From positions 2,688,001 to 2,752,000 of the forward strand of contig OZ242296.1 of NCBI GenBank assembly GCA_965207735.1: a stretch of DNA of 64,000 bases, written 5' to 3'. Below, piece by piece: positions 19,188 to 29,991 of this stretch; the stretch's first letter is position 1; each line of letters opens with the position of its first letter. The stretch is from Candidatus Versatilivorator sp. Its GTDB lineage: Bacteria > Acidobacteriota > Terriglobia > Versatilivoradales > Versatilivoraceae. Position numbers and translations under genes: made by a program. The notes under the pieces were generated by a model that saw nothing but the letters and a program-made list of their open reading frames with translations, searched no databases and was not told the DNA's origin.

Positions 19188-20045
19188 ATGGCAGGAACAC
19201 TCTTCGTGGTAGCCACACCGATCGGAAATCTGGAAGACATCACCCTGCGCGCGCTGCGAATCCTTGGTGAAGTAGACTTGATCGCCTGCGAGGACACCCG
19301 CCACACCGGAAAACTGCTGGCCCACTACCAGATTTCGACTCCGACCTCCAGCTACCACGAACACAACGAGCGCCAGCGAACCGGCTGGTTGGTGGAACGA
19401 CTGGAATCGGGAATGGACATCGCTCTGGTCAGCGACGCGGGAACTCCGTCCATCTCCGACCCAGGCTATCGTTTGGTTCGGGCCGCCCTGGAGCGCGGGT
19501 TCCATGTTTCTCCAATCCCCGGCGCCTGCGCGATCATTTCCGCCCTGAGCATCTCCGGGAGACCCACCGATTCCTTTGCTTTCCTGGGTTTCCTTCCCGG
19601 CAGGAGAACGGCTCGCCGCACCAGGCTGCGAGCGTTGCGGTCGGAATCTCGTACGCTGCTCTTTTTTGAATCTCCGCTGAGGCTGGCGTCCACTCTCAGC
19701 GACATCGACGAGATCCTGAATTCGCAGGAAGTGACGGTGGCCCGGGAAATGACCAAGGTTCACGAACAACTGGTCACGGGAACGGCGGCCGAACTGGCTT
19801 CGCTCTTCCGAAGCCGCCGCCCCAGGGGCGAGGCGGTGGTGGTAGTGGAAAAGGCCTCGTCGGAGCCCGAAGCTGCCGAGTCACTCAGCGACAGGGAACT
19901 GGATCGTCGTGTCGAAGGACTGGTGCATCAGGGTCTTTCCAAAAAGGAGGCCATCAAGAAGTTGGCCAAGGAGTTGGCTTCTCCGAAGCGGGAGCTTTAC
20001 CTTCGCCTGCTCCGAGAGAAAAAAATTGTGGATGGAAAACAATAA
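19188..20045 (+). CDS. rsmI: 16S rRNA (cytidine-2'-O)-methyltransferase
   Basis: ATPIGNLEDITLRA, CEDTR, SDAGTP.ISDPG, FESP.R, RE.TK.HE. Confidence 0.95.
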   Translation: MAGTLFVVATPIGNLEDITLRALRILGEVDLIACEDTRHTGKLLAHYQISTPTSSYHEHNERQRTGWLVERLESGMDIALVSDAGTPSISDPGYRLVRAALERGFHVSPIPGACAIISALSISGRPTDSFAFLGFLPGRRTARRTRLRALRSESRTLLFFESPLRLASTLSDIDEILNSQEVTVAREMTKVHEQLVTGTAAELASLFRSRRPRGEAVVVVEKASSEPEAAESLSDRELDRRVEGLVHQGLSKKEAIKKLAKELASPKRELYLRLLREKKIVDGKQ

Positions 20046-20075
20046 CAACCAAAGGGTTGGAGGAAGGAAAGAGAG

Positions 20076-21245
20076 ATGATGGAAAAACTGGCTGGCCGCA
20101 TGGGACGGTTGGGAACGGAAACGGCCTTCGATGTCCTGGTAAGAGCCAAAGCGCTGGAGGCGAAGGGACGCAGCGTCGTTCACCTGGAACTTGGAGAGCC
20201 GGACTTCGATACCCCTTCCAACGTGATCCGGGCCGCCAACACCGCCATGGAGGAAGGTTACACCCACTATTGCGCTTCAGCCGGCCTGGTGGAACTGCGA
20301 GAAGCCATTGCCGACCACGTGGGGAAAACTCGCTCAGTAGACATCGATCCGGATTGGGTCGTGGTCACGCCCGGAGCCAAGCCCATCATGTTTTTTCTGA
20401 TCCTGGCCCTGGTGGAGGAGGGCGACGAAGTCATCTACCCCAACCCGGGCTTCCCCATCTACGAATCCATGATCCGCTTTTGCGGGGGTACCCCGGTCCC
20501 CCTGCCCTTGCTGGAGGAGTTCGAGTTCCGTTTCGATCCCAAGCAGCTTCAATCTAAAGTCTCGTCCAGAACCAAGCTGATCATTATCAACTCTCCGCAA
20601 AACCCAACCGGAGGACTGCTGACGGAAAATGATCTGGCAATCGTTGCGGATTTGGCTACCCGGCATGACATCACGGTTCTTTCGGATGAAATTTACTCCT
20701 GCATCATCTACGAAGGAGAGCATCGCAGTATCACCTCGATTCCAGGAATGATGGACCGCACCGTCATCCTGGACGGGTTCTCCAAGACCTTCGCCATGAC
20801 CGGCTGGAGGCTCGGATACGGCATCATGAGGCCGGAACTGCAGACCCACATCTCAAAGCTGGCGACCAACAGCGTTTCCTGCACGGCGCCTTTTGCCCAG
20901 CGGGCGGGGTTGGAGGCATTGGCCAACGCCGAGAGCGCCACGGCTTCGATGGTGGCGGAATTTCGCAAGCGCAGGGATTTTCTGGTCGAGACGCTGAATC
21001 GAATACCGGGAATGAGCTGCCTGAATCCGCCCGGAGCCTTCTACGTGTTCCCGAACGTTCGCTCCTTCGGCAAAAGCAGCGACGAGATTGCCGATTACCT
21101 GTTGCAGGAAGCCGGCGTGGCCTTGCTCTCGGGAACAGCTTTCGGAGCTTTTGGAGAGGGCTACCTCCGGCTCTCCTACGCTACATCCATGGAAAACCTT
21201 GCCGAGGGTAGCCAACGGATAGCAGCCGGGCTGGCCCGACTGTGA
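20076..21245 (+). CDS. PLP-dependent aminotransferase class I/II (aspartate aminotransferase-like)
   Basis: GEPDF, NSPQNPTG, SDEIY, FSKTFAMTGWRLG. Confidence 0.93.
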   Translation: MMEKLAGRMGRLGTETAFDVLVRAKALEAKGRSVVHLELGEPDFDTPSNVIRAANTAMEEGYTHYCASAGLVELREAIADHVGKTRSVDIDPDWVVVTPGAKPIMFFLILALVEEGDEVIYPNPGFPIYESMIRFCGGTPVPLPLLEEFEFRFDPKQLQSKVSSRTKLIIINSPQNPTGGLLTENDLAIVADLATRHDITVLSDEIYSCIIYEGEHRSITSIPGMMDRTVILDGFSKTFAMTGWRLGYGIMRPELQTHISKLATNSVSCTAPFAQRAGLEALANAESATASMVAEFRKRRDFLVETLNRIPGMSCLNPPGAFYVFPNVRSFGKSSDEIADYLLQEAGVALLSGTAFGAFGEGYLRLSYATSMENLAEGSQRIAAGLARL

Positions 21246-21256
21246 CATGAAGCGGA

Positions 21257-24200
21257 TCAGGGCACGCCGTAAACGAAGAACGCGTCCCCGGAGGTCTGGC
21301 CTTCGGTGACGACTGCAAAGGCCAAAAACGGGTTGGACCCGGAAGTTCGGGAGACGCGAGCGTAGCCCTGGTCGGTGTCTGGAGCGTGCTGCTCCAGAAT
21401 CGACTCCAATCGGATCGATTGTCTGGCCTCCAGCTCCACTTCCTCGATCGTATGGGCCAGCATTCCCGTTTCTCCGTCGTAGATCTCCACGCTGAACAGG
21501 CTGGTCTCGTCGCCCAGCTCGCCCGTATTGACGATTCCCAGATCGGTTCGCTTCTCCTGGTCCTGACGCAAACCGTACACCCAGGCCGGAGAATGGTGGG
21601 AGTCTCCGTAAGGCACGGCCGCATGAACAAATGCGTTGCGGCTGCCATCCACAAGCGTTGAATTCCTCGCACCCACGTAGTAGCCGGTGTCCTCTCCGAC
21701 TCCATCAACGGTAACAAAGATTGAGCCGGAGAAGTCCTCACCGACTGCACCCAACCCCGGGAAGAAAGATCCCGGCAGGCTCCCCTGTCGGCGCAGCCAG
21801 CTTACAAACTCGGGCACGATGATCTGCTCGCCGGGTCTCACCGAGACGAATCGAGCACCCTGCGGGTTCTGAATTCCATCGGACAAGACCGAAAACCCCA
21901 CTACCTTCCAGGATTCTGACCAGTTGGCCACCACCAGTTCGCTGTCGAAGCGGGCGGTTTTCTCCACGGCGAGCAATGTCTGTCCCTTTCTGCCAACGGT
22001 TGCGTTTTCCGGAACAGGCGCAATAAAGGAGCCGTCGAAACCGCCCAGGTCGGTGAGGAGGGCATAGGCGTAGTAGGGTGCTTGCCCTTCAACCATCTCA
22101 ACGCGTACATAGCCGTTTTCCAGCGACAGCCCACCGGACCGGAGCACATCGTCGATTCGACGGAAGTCACCTGGCGCCAGAATCTCATCCGGGAGAACCA
22201 ACGAACCTGGCTGCTGAGGATCACCGGAGATGACGGTCAGTCTCAGGGTAATTTCGTCACTCGCCTGCCCCCCCAGGTTGTGAACCACAAGGCTGCTGCG
22301 ATCCGCTTCATCGTGGCGGAGTCCACAGAGATATACCGGCTGGTGAAATCCGGTGGACACACCTGGATAGGCCCAACCGCTTTGGACGCCGTCAACCGTC
22401 CGGGTCGTTCGTACGGCCACCGTCCCTTCCGATTCGGCGTTCAGCCCGGAGAAACGAACCGACAGACTTCCTCCCCGGCTTCCTGAATCCGGAATGGGAA
22501 CCCCCAGTTCTCTCAGGTAATCGATGGCATCTGGCACGATGCGCTGCCGGCCTGCCGGCAAGTCGTCCGTGGCGGTGCCGCTTCCCCCGCCAGTGGCCGC
22601 CGTGTAGGTGAGTTCCAGCGTGGCCGGCTGGGTTCCCCGATTGCTGAGGGTCAGCTCCGAATTGACTGCGGCGCCATCGGATTCGGTGGTTGCGAGCACA
22701 ATGGGCACAAAGACTTCGGCATTGCCGAGGAGCCTCGCCACGAAGGCTCCGTTCCCTTCCGAAGCTTGATAAGCCCCGGTGGTCAAGGTGAAGTCGGAGC
22801 CCGCCTGTCCGGTGATGAAAGCGCTTCCCCGAGGACTAACCCAAAGCCCGCTGCCTCCCTCCAGGCTATCACCGCTACCCGCCCTGACCGAGTAGACCAG
22901 CTCCTCCCCCCGGGGGTCCAGTTTGCTTACGAAAATCTGTCCCTCGGAAGACCCCAGGGTCTCGGTCTGCGGAAAGTCGGAGGAAAGCGTCACGCCCGTC
23001 ACATAGGCGTTCCCGCTCAGGTCCACACCCACGCCATTGGCATAATCGATGAAGCTGCCGCCCAGGTAGGTGGAATAGACCAGTGCCGTTCCCTCCTGGT
23101 TCAGCTTGGAGACAAAAGCATCCAGGCAGAGAGAACTGCCGCAAATTCCGGCTCCAGGCGCCGTTTCGGAAAAAGCACCCGGAGTCGTTGGAAAATCCTG
23201 GTAGGCCGTGTAACCCGTCACATAAGCGTAATTCCGTCCGTCGACAGCGATCCCAGTGATCGCCTCCAGTTCCTGGGGTGACGCATCGAAGGGCACGGAG
23301 AACCCTCCGAGGCGAAAGTTGTAAAGGATTTCGGCTCCCTCGGAACCCAGCTTAGTCACGTATGACTCGTCTCCATTTCTGCCGGACAAATAAGCATTGT
23401 TCCGGGAATCCAGGGCCACACCCGTGCCCCCCACGCCCTGGACTGAATAGAGCAGCGACGTCCCATCCGGATGGAGCTTGGCCACAAATCCGACGGCGGC
23501 GCCATCACCTGTGACGTAAGCGGACCCGTGAGCGTCGACGGCAATTCCGTTGCCACCCAATCCACCCTCAATGCCTCCCAGATAGGTCGAGTAGAGCAGA
23601 GCCGTCCCTGTCGCATTGATCTTGGTGACAAAGGCACTGGTGCAGAACTGGCCCGTAAAGTCCGAAGCGCACTGCTCACTCGATAGGGCCGATTGCCAGG
23701 CATCGGTTGAGACAGGGAAGTCGGAAGAGTTGGTGGTGCCAGTGAGATAGACATTGTCTTGAGAATCCACGGCAACCCCGTATCCGTACTCGAATCCGGA
23801 ACCGCCCAGAAAAGTGGAATAGATCAATTCCGTCCCCTCGGCGTTCAGTTTGGCCAAGAGAACGTCGGGACAGCGAACCAGGTTCGGCCCGTCATAACAC
23901 TCCCCTTCACTGTGCAGGCTTTGAAAGGCGTCGGCGGAGGTGAGAAAGGCGGGGTTGGCAATACCCGTCACGTAGGCGTTCCCCTCCCGGTCGACAGCGA
24001 CGGCAAGACCACCTATTCCGCCGGCCGAGTAGGTCAATACGGGATCGATGACCAGAGCCCTGCCCGGATCGTAGTGACCCAAACGGAATCCCACCTCGCC
24101 GTTGCCGCCAAGCTCGTACTGCACGCGGACTTCCTGGCGAACGCCACCCTCTTCCTGATACGCCAGGGGACGCATCAGACGGAGATCTCCCGGGAGAATA

Positions 24201-24955
24201 AGGTTTCCCTGTTCATCCAGCGTCAGGCCAAAATGAGTTGGAATTCCTCCTGTCCCCTGGAAGTCGAGGCGGATCGCGCCGGCGTCGACACCCGCATCCA
24301 GCCGGAAGTCGAATTCCAAACGCCGGCCGTTGCCGTAGAAGATCAGGTCGACTCCCGGATAGACCTGCCGGTAGCGCACTCTGGAATAGGTCGGAACATT
24401 CAGCCGCCACTGGCCCGGATCCCTGCCGCGCAAGTAGTGACTCCGGCTTGGAAGCCGGCTTTCACCGTGGATCCCGGACCGAGGCTTGCCATTGACGATT
24501 CGCATCCTCAAACCCGAGATCGCCCCCATCCCCGCGGGCGGCTTGGAGCCTCCTGGAAATTCGCCGGACTGAAATTGAAAGACCAACTCGCGGTCGAGCA
24601 TCAAGTAGCTGTATCCCGGCCCTCGGGAAAGGAAGCGAACCCCTTCCTCGGCCTGGCCCCGGTTCGGTTCGAAGCTGAGGGGTATTTCGCCATAGGTCCG
24701 ACGAACCTGGGCTTTCCGGATGACTTGCGGCACATTCGACAGACTCTTGGGAGCGGCAGTGGGGGGGGCTCCGCGGGTCCGGGCCAAGGGCCGCAGGCTC
24801 TGTCGCTCCGCCTCGAGCTCACTGGCCGAAAGCGGAGCCGCGCCGCAGCCTGCTCCGAACAGGACAGCCCCCCCTAGAGCCGCTTTCGGGAGTAATCCCC
24901 GGCAATTCAATGGCGTCATGCTTGCCTCAAACATTCCTGTTTGACTCTGTATCAA
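21257..24955 (-). CDS. Large exported SBBP (beta-propeller) repeat protein (start uncertain)
   Basis: FEPNRGQ, YPGVDL.FYG, LVIDP, repeated GIAVD..GNAYVTG and YSTYLGG; repeated C-terminal beta-rich domains. Confidence 0.85.
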   Translation of the reverse strand: MIQSQTGMFEASMTPLNCRGLLPKAALGGAVLFGAGCGAAPLSASELEAERQSLRPLARTRGAPPTAAPKSLSNVPQVIRKAQVRRTYGEIPLSFEPNRGQAEEGVRFLSRGPGYSYLMLDRELVFQFQSGEFPGGSKPPAGMGAISGLRMRIVNGKPRSGIHGESRLPSRSHYLRGRDPGQWRLNVPTYSRVRYRQVYPGVDLIFYGNGRRLEFDFRLDAGVDAGAIRLDFQGTGGIPTHFGLTLDEQGNLILPGDLRLMRPLAYQEEGGVRQEVRVQYELGGNGEVGFRLGHYDPGRALVIDPVLTYSAGGIGGLAVAVDREGNAYVTGIANPAFLTSADAFQSLHSEGECYDGPNLVRCPDVLLAKLNAEGTELIYSTFLGGSGFEYGYGVAVDSQDNVYLTGTTNSSDFPVSTDAWQSALSSEQCASDFTGQFCTSAFVTKINATGTALLYSTYLGGIEGGLGGNGIAVDAHGSAYVTGDGAAVGFVAKLHPDGTSLLYSVQGVGGTGVALDSRNNAYLSGRNGDESYVTKLGSEGAEILYNFRLGGFSVPFDASPQELEAITGIAVDGRNYAYVTGYTAYQDFPTTPGAFSETAPGAGICGSSLCLDAFVSKLNQEGTALVYSTYLGGSFIDYANGVGVDLSGNAYVTGVTLSSDFPQTETLGSSEGQIFVSKLDPRGEELVYSVRAGSGDSLEGGSGLWVSPRGSAFITGQAGSDFTLTTGAYQASEGNGAFVARLLGNAEVFVPIVLATTESDGAAVNSELTLSNRGTQPATLELTYTAATGGGSGTATDDLPAGRQRIVPDAIDYLRELGVPIPDSGSRGGSLSVRFSGLNAESEGTVAVRTTRTVDGVQSGWAYPGVSTGFHQPVYLCGLRHDEADRSSLVVHNLGGQASDEITLRLTVISGDPQQPGSLVLPDEILAPGDFRRIDDVLRSGGLSLENGYVRVEMVEGQAPYYAYALLTDLGGFDGSFIAPVPENATVGRKGQTLLAVEKTARFDSELVVANWSESWKVVGFSVLSDGIQNPQGARFVSVRPGEQIIVPEFVSWLRRQGSLPGSFFPGLGAVGEDFSGSIFVTVDGVGEDTGYYVGARNSTLVDGSRNAFVHAAVPYGDSHHSPAWVYGLRQDQEKRTDLGIVNTGELGDETSLFSVEIYDGETGMLAHTIEEVELEARQSIRLESILEQHAPDTDQGYARVSRTSGSNPFLAFAVVTEGQTSGDAFFVYGVP

Positions 24956-25113
24956 CCGCCCCGTCGTATGTGACGCCGGCGCGGCTAGGTGAAAGGTGGA
25001 AAGTGGCTATTGGATCCAAACGCAAAACATGTTGTCGGTCTCGGGGCGTTCAGGTCATCAGGCGCTTGCCTGTTCCCGAAACCCTCGGCTGACCACTCTC
25101 CACTCTCCACTCG

Positions 25114-28100
25114 TCAAAAGATCAGTTTCGCGGCCAGGACGACCTGGCGCGCTTCCTGCGGAAAATCCGCGGGCGTCCCGAAGGAGGCCACCACTCCCGG
25201 AACCCGAGCTCCCGGGTTCGCATTGAAGGACGAGGCCGCCACGTTGGTCGTCGCCGGCTTCACATACAGGTTGGAGTGGTTGAAAAGATTGTATAACTCG
25301 GCCCGAATTTGAATCTGTAAACCTTCCACTCCACTCATCTCGGGGAGATCGAAGTTTTTCGCAAGCGCAACGTTCTGGAAGTGGGTGCCCGGCCGCCGGA
25401 AGGTGTTTCGACCCAAAGACCCGGCGAACGGTCCATTGACCGAGAGTTGACAGGCGAAGGGGGCGGCCTCGGCAATACAGCTCCCATTGGAGTTGCGGAC
25501 CCTGTTGATCGGCAGAATGAGAAAGGCGTTCGGCGTTCGGACGTCGACCTGACGTTCCCCGGCACCGAGCATTCCCGGCGCCTTTCCCGTTAGCCGCGGC
25601 CGGGTGTTGTCGGACAACTCCCGATCGATGACCCGACCATCCCAAAGGCTGAAGGGCTGCCCGCTCTGAAAGGAAACAATTCCGCTGAACTGCCAGCCTG
25701 CCAAGAACAGCCGCGTCAAACCTCTCATTCGAGCCGCACCCGGAATCTGCCAGACGAAGTGGCCGACCATCCGGTGGCGAACGTCGTGATCGGAGGAGCC
25801 TTTATCCAGATCGGGGTCAAAGGCGTCAAGCGGCAGCCCGGCGCCGCCGGTCACGCTATCGTCACCCGCCAGTGAGCTCACGTTGTCGAGGGAGTGGCTC
25901 CAGGTGTAGTTCAAACCGTACTGCAACCCGAATCTGCGCAGGCGAAGACTGTCGATTCTGAGCTGCATCCCGTGATAGGAAGACCGGGCCTGATTCCCCA
26001 CGGTGATCAATGCAGCGACGTGGTTGACCAGCCTTTCCCCCGGGCGCCCCAGAAACCGGCCGCTGCCCAGTCGATTGGCATTGACGGGCCGGTAAAGATC
26101 CCGGCCACTCGAGCCCACGTAGGAAGCAGCCAGCAACAGCTTGTTGTCCCAGTCCTGTTGCAGGGTGGCGTTCCAGGCCCAGGTGGAGGCGGTGGTCAGA
26201 TCCTGGTCCAGGTGACTGATCGCACTGGGAGGCAACGACAAGGGCCGCGAGGGAAAAAGGGAGTAGGGATCTTCAAACAGGGCCGGAGCCAACGGGACTC
26301 CGGAGATGCGCACGACGCTGAAGGCGGGAGGATTCAGGTTCTCGTAGACAAAACCGGGCAGTCGCTCGAAAAAGCGCCCAATCCCGGCCCGAAAGACGAG
26401 TCGGCCTCTGCCGGTCAAATCGTAGGCAAGACCCATTCTGGGGGAGATGTTGGTCTTGCTGGGTGGAAAGAAGCGGTTCCGGTAGTGGCCGGGAGCGTCC
26501 GCGGTACGGAGCAAACGCCCGTTGGCCATCTGTTCCAGGGAGGTGGTCCCTTCCCCTCGATAGAAGCTGGCTTCCAGAAGCTTTTCCTGGCCGATGCGAT
26601 GGCCGGAACCGAAATACTCATACCGAACACCCGGCGACAGGGTCAGCCTGGGGCTTACCTTCCAGGAGTCCTGCAGAAAACAGGCCCAGTCGTTGAACCG
26701 ATAATGGCGCCGGGGGTCGAAGGACACGAAAGGGGGGGGCAACAGCTCGCCGGGAACCTTGCCTCTCGGATTCAGGTGAATTTGGAAGGAGGATACGCGG
26801 CCATCCACGAAGCGCTGCAGGTCCCTGAACTCCACGTGATTGTGGCGAGTCAGCGTGGACTCGGCCGGGGTCTGGTTGTCCCGGAGATGGACCAGGCTGG
26901 CGCCGAACTTAAGGTTGTGCCGGCCTCTCACCCAGTTCGCCATCTGTTGAAACTGGTACTCGTTCTGGGCGCCGCCGTCCCCGTTGCGGCCGGAGGGCAA
27001 TGCCAGTGATCCGACGGCACCGCTGATTTCATCACCGGTAATGACAAATGAGGGAAATCCCTCGGAAAGCCGGATCGCTCTCTGCTGAAAGAGACGGTTG
27101 AAGACCAGGCGGGATTCGGCCAGGAAATTGCCCGTCCAGAATCGCGTCAGGTTGACCGTCATGGTTTGATTCCTCAAATGAACAGACCGGTCCAGCAGGG
27201 AGGAATAGGGCTGATCCACGGTTGCCAGCCGGGCATGATCCTGAAAGGCATAGTGCGTGTTCAGCACCGTGCGGGGCCCTATGCTGGTGTCGATTCGCGC
27301 CGTCCAGAGGTAGGTGTCCTGGGGCGGCCCGGCTCCGGCATCCACCGGCCCGGTGCGCGACGTGGAGGCCAATGCCGGCAGGGTGACGAAGCCGGCCCCG
27401 ATCTTGGAACCGCAGGCTCTTCCAAAGGGACAGACGGTGCGGGTGCTGATGTCCGTTTTAGAGAGGTTGGCGGGTGAGGGAAAGCGGTCGAAGATGGCAT
27501 TGGTCCCGGGTGAGCTTACCGAGAGCAGTTCCGGGGTCGGGACATAGTAGCTGAGAGCAGCCGAACTCCGCACCACAATGGGTTCAACGGCCGCAAAGAA
27601 AAAGACCTTGTCCCGGTAAACGGGCCCACCCAGCGTCCCCCCGAGCTGCCGCCGGTTGAAGACCGGCCGGGGCAGGCCCCTGGAGTTGTTCTCGAAGGTG
27701 TTGGCCGCCAGTCCGGAGTTGCGACGGAAATAGTAGGCATTCCCGTGAAATTCGTTCTCTCCGCTCTTGGTAATGACGTTGGCGATAAACCCCGCATTGC
27801 CGCCGTACTCCGCGGTGAAGTTGTTGGTGAGCAGCCGGTACTCCTGCACGGCGTCCAGGGGAACGATCTGGCCGGGGCCGGAGTTGTAGGGTTCGTTGTT
27901 GGCGCTGCCGTCCAGCAGGAAGCCTCCGCTCTCGGCCCGCTGGCCGTTCAAGGCAAAGCCGATGCCCCGCTTCACGCTGGCCGGTATGGCCCCGGAACTG
28001 ACCCCGACAAAATCGTAGGGATTGCGGGTCAACGAGGGCAGCTCCGTCATGACCTGCGGCCTGATGGTGGTGCCCAATGTGGCGGACTCGGTGCGGATGA

Positions 28101-28461
28101 GCGGGATGCCCCCCAGTTCGGTGACGCTGGCGATGACCGATCCCACTTGCATCGAAAAGTTCAGAACCACGGCATCCTGGACGTGGAGCTCCAGGTCCGG
28201 CTTCACGATCGTGCGATAACCCAGCAGGCGGATAATCACCCGGTAGTGTCCCGGCGGCAGGTTGGAGAGCCGATAGAGCCCCAACCGGTTGGTCCTGGTC
28301 CGAAACCTCTGGTTGGTTTCGATTTGGGTGGCGGTCACCTGGACCTCTGACAGAACCTGCCCCTGCCTGTTGGTCACCCGGCCGCTGAGCGTCGCCGTGG
28401 GGTTGGCCAGCAGCACACCGGCCAATGCCACCCACAAGATTGGGACTAGAATCAAACGCAC
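25114..28461 (-). CDS. TonB-dependent receptor with carboxypeptidase-regulatory-like N-terminus (Oar-like)
   Basis: Signal peptide, DAVQE, TKSG.NEFHG, GG.LGGP, QD.WK, PR.G.AYD, terminal Phe. Confidence 0.9.
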   Translation of the reverse strand: MRLILVPILWVALAGVLLANPTATLSGRVTNRQGQVLSEVQVTATQIETNQRFRTRTNRLGLYRLSNLPPGHYRVIIRLLGYRTIVKPDLELHVQDAVVLNFSMQVGSVIASVTELGGIPLIRTESATLGTTIRPQVMTELPSLTRNPYDFVGVSSGAIPASVKRGIGFALNGQRAESGGFLLDGSANNEPYNSGPGQIVPLDAVQEYRLLTNNFTAEYGGNAGFIANVITKSGENEFHGNAYYFRRNSGLAANTFENNSRGLPRPVFNRRQLGGTLGGPVYRDKVFFFAAVEPIVVRSSAALSYYVPTPELLSVSSPGTNAIFDRFPSPANLSKTDISTRTVCPFGRACGSKIGAGFVTLPALASTSRTGPVDAGAGPPQDTYLWTARIDTSIGPRTVLNTHYAFQDHARLATVDQPYSSLLDRSVHLRNQTMTVNLTRFWTGNFLAESRLVFNRLFQQRAIRLSEGFPSFVITGDEISGAVGSLALPSGRNGDGGAQNEYQFQQMANWVRGRHNLKFGASLVHLRDNQTPAESTLTRHNHVEFRDLQRFVDGRVSSFQIHLNPRGKVPGELLPPPFVSFDPRRHYRFNDWACFLQDSWKVSPRLTLSPGVRYEYFGSGHRIGQEKLLEASFYRGEGTTSLEQMANGRLLRTADAPGHYRNRFFPPSKTNISPRMGLAYDLTGRGRLVFRAGIGRFFERLPGFVYENLNPPAFSVVRISGVPLAPALFEDPYSLFPSRPLSLPPSAISHLDQDLTTASTWAWNATLQQDWDNKLLLAASYVGSSGRDLYRPVNANRLGSGRFLGRPGERLVNHVAALITVGNQARSSYHGMQLRIDSLRLRRFGLQYGLNYTWSHSLDNVSSLAGDDSVTGGAGLPLDAFDPDLDKGSSDHDVRHRMVGHFVWQIPGAARMRGLTRLFLAGWQFSGIVSFQSGQPFSLWDGRVIDRELSDNTRPRLTGKAPGMLGAGERQVDVRTPNAFLILPINRVRNSNGSCIAEAAPFACQLSVNGPFAGSLGRNTFRRPGTHFQNVALAKNFDLPEMSGVEGLQIQIRAELYNLFNHSNLYVKPATTNVAASSFNANPGARVPGVVASFGTPADFPQEARQVVLAAKLIF

Positions 28462-28635
28462 GGTGTGGATCCACCTCCTGTGTGGAGCAAGGATGCAGGC
28501 CGACTCACACCCGAGTATGCCACCCAGGGTTTCCTACTGCGTCACTGGGATCAGGCAATGTGGCTGAACGGAACGACCGGTACCGGGCAGGGTGGATCCT
28601 GGGGTTCGGATCCGCGTATGGGGAAGGTGACCGAA

Positions 28636-29973
28636 TCAAGGGAGATCGTCATCGGGGTTCAGGTAGGAATACAGGAGCGGTTCGCTTCCCGGCTTCTGGC
28701 TGCCTTCCTTGGGCTCCAGCGTAATAAAGACGGAATCGATTTGGGAAAGCACCTCGGCATCGTCGAACTTGAGGATCCAGCCCTCATCGTTCCTGGCGTC
28801 GGCATAGAAGATACCCAGGCTCTTGGGTGAACCCGTCAGCGAGGAACTGCGCCCCCCCCAGGCTTGCAGCGCAAAGTTGTCCAGAGATTCCCCCCCCTTG
28901 GGAGTCTCGTGGGCATAGACGATCAGGCGCCTGCCTTGGGCATAAAACACGTGTGCATCTACGATTCGCTCTCCTTCCGGATCATTGTCCTCGACGTACA
29001 GCACACGCAGGTTGCGGTCCGTCAACAAGTCCCGAATGTCCCGGTCCGCGGCCAGCAGCTCCTGATCCCGCTGGATAGTCTCCGCCTGTTCGTTCACTTT
29101 CCGAGCCAACTCCCCGATCTGTCTTTCCTGAAGCGCCAGGGTCACCTCCTGGGTGCCCCCCTCTTTCCGCAGAGCCTCCAACTCGCTGGTGCGGGTCTGA
29201 AGTGTCCTCTCCACCCTCGCCAATTTCTCCGACAACCGCACTTCCGCATTCCTGGCTTCCTCCAGCACTCGATTCAAGGCATCGGCATCCGCTTGGTTCT
29301 CCACCAGTTGCCGACTTTGACTCCGCAATTCGGCCAGAGCCCGGCGCCGCTCGCCTTGCGCCTGAGCCAGTTCCCGAGCCAGGCGATCCACTTCTTCCCC
29401 TGAAGGCTCAGGAACCTCGGGAGTAACAGAAACCGGAGACAAACCAGCCAGGGATTGCTCGGAAATTTGAAGGCTGAGCCGACTGATCTCTTCACGAAGC
29501 TGGCTCACCCTGCCCGTGGCGCTGGAAAGGCGCTCTCCGCCCCGGTACCACTGGAACCCGCTCAACCCCAGCGCCGCCACCAGGAGACCGGCCGCCAACG
29601 GCAGGGCGAATCGGCCCATGCCGGTTGACGTGTACCATTGCCCCACCCCAGCCCCTGCACGGGTTGCGAAACCGGTTCCGGTGGGTGTGGTGGGGGAACA
29701 GATCCGATCCTCGGTGCGCTGCAGAAAACGCTGCCTGTAGCTGGATTCATGCAGAGCAACCTTCGAGGAGGAACCGGCGGGCTCTCCTTCGGCAACCAGC
29801 GGCAGGTGCTCGTGCAGGATCTCCACGAAGTCCCGGCGACTCCTGCGACAATCCTCACACGCAATCAGATGGGAGCGAAGTTCGACGTACTCCTCTGCAG
29901 AGATCTGGCCAAGTGCCGCCAGGGCACACAACTCCTCGAATCGTTCATGGTTTGATTCATCGCGCTTGGACAT
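28636..29973 (-). CDS. Anti-sigma factor (zinc HxxxCxxC, TM helix, coiled coil, RskA-like C-terminus)
   Basis: HLIACEDC; hydrophobic segment; heptad-rich middle; ITLEP.EGS..P. Confidence 0.85.
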   Translation of the reverse strand: MSKRDESNHERFEELCALAALGQISAEEYVELRSHLIACEDCRRSRRDFVEILHEHLPLVAEGEPAGSSSKVALHESSYRQRFLQRTEDRICSPTTPTGTGFATRAGAGVGQWYTSTGMGRFALPLAAGLLVAALGLSGFQWYRGGERLSSATGRVSQLREEISRLSLQISEQSLAGLSPVSVTPEVPEPSGEEVDRLARELAQAQGERRRALAELRSQSRQLVENQADADALNRVLEEARNAEVRLSEKLARVERTLQTRTSELEALRKEGGTQEVTLALQERQIGELARKVNEQAETIQRDQELLAADRDIRDLLTDRNLRVLYVEDNDPEGERIVDAHVFYAQGRRLIVYAHETPKGGESLDNFALQAWGGRSSSLTGSPKSLGIFYADARNDEGWILKFDDAEVLSQIDSVFITLEPKEGSQKPGSEPLLYSYLNPDDDLP

Positions 29974-29991
29974 GGTGACATCCTCTGAGCA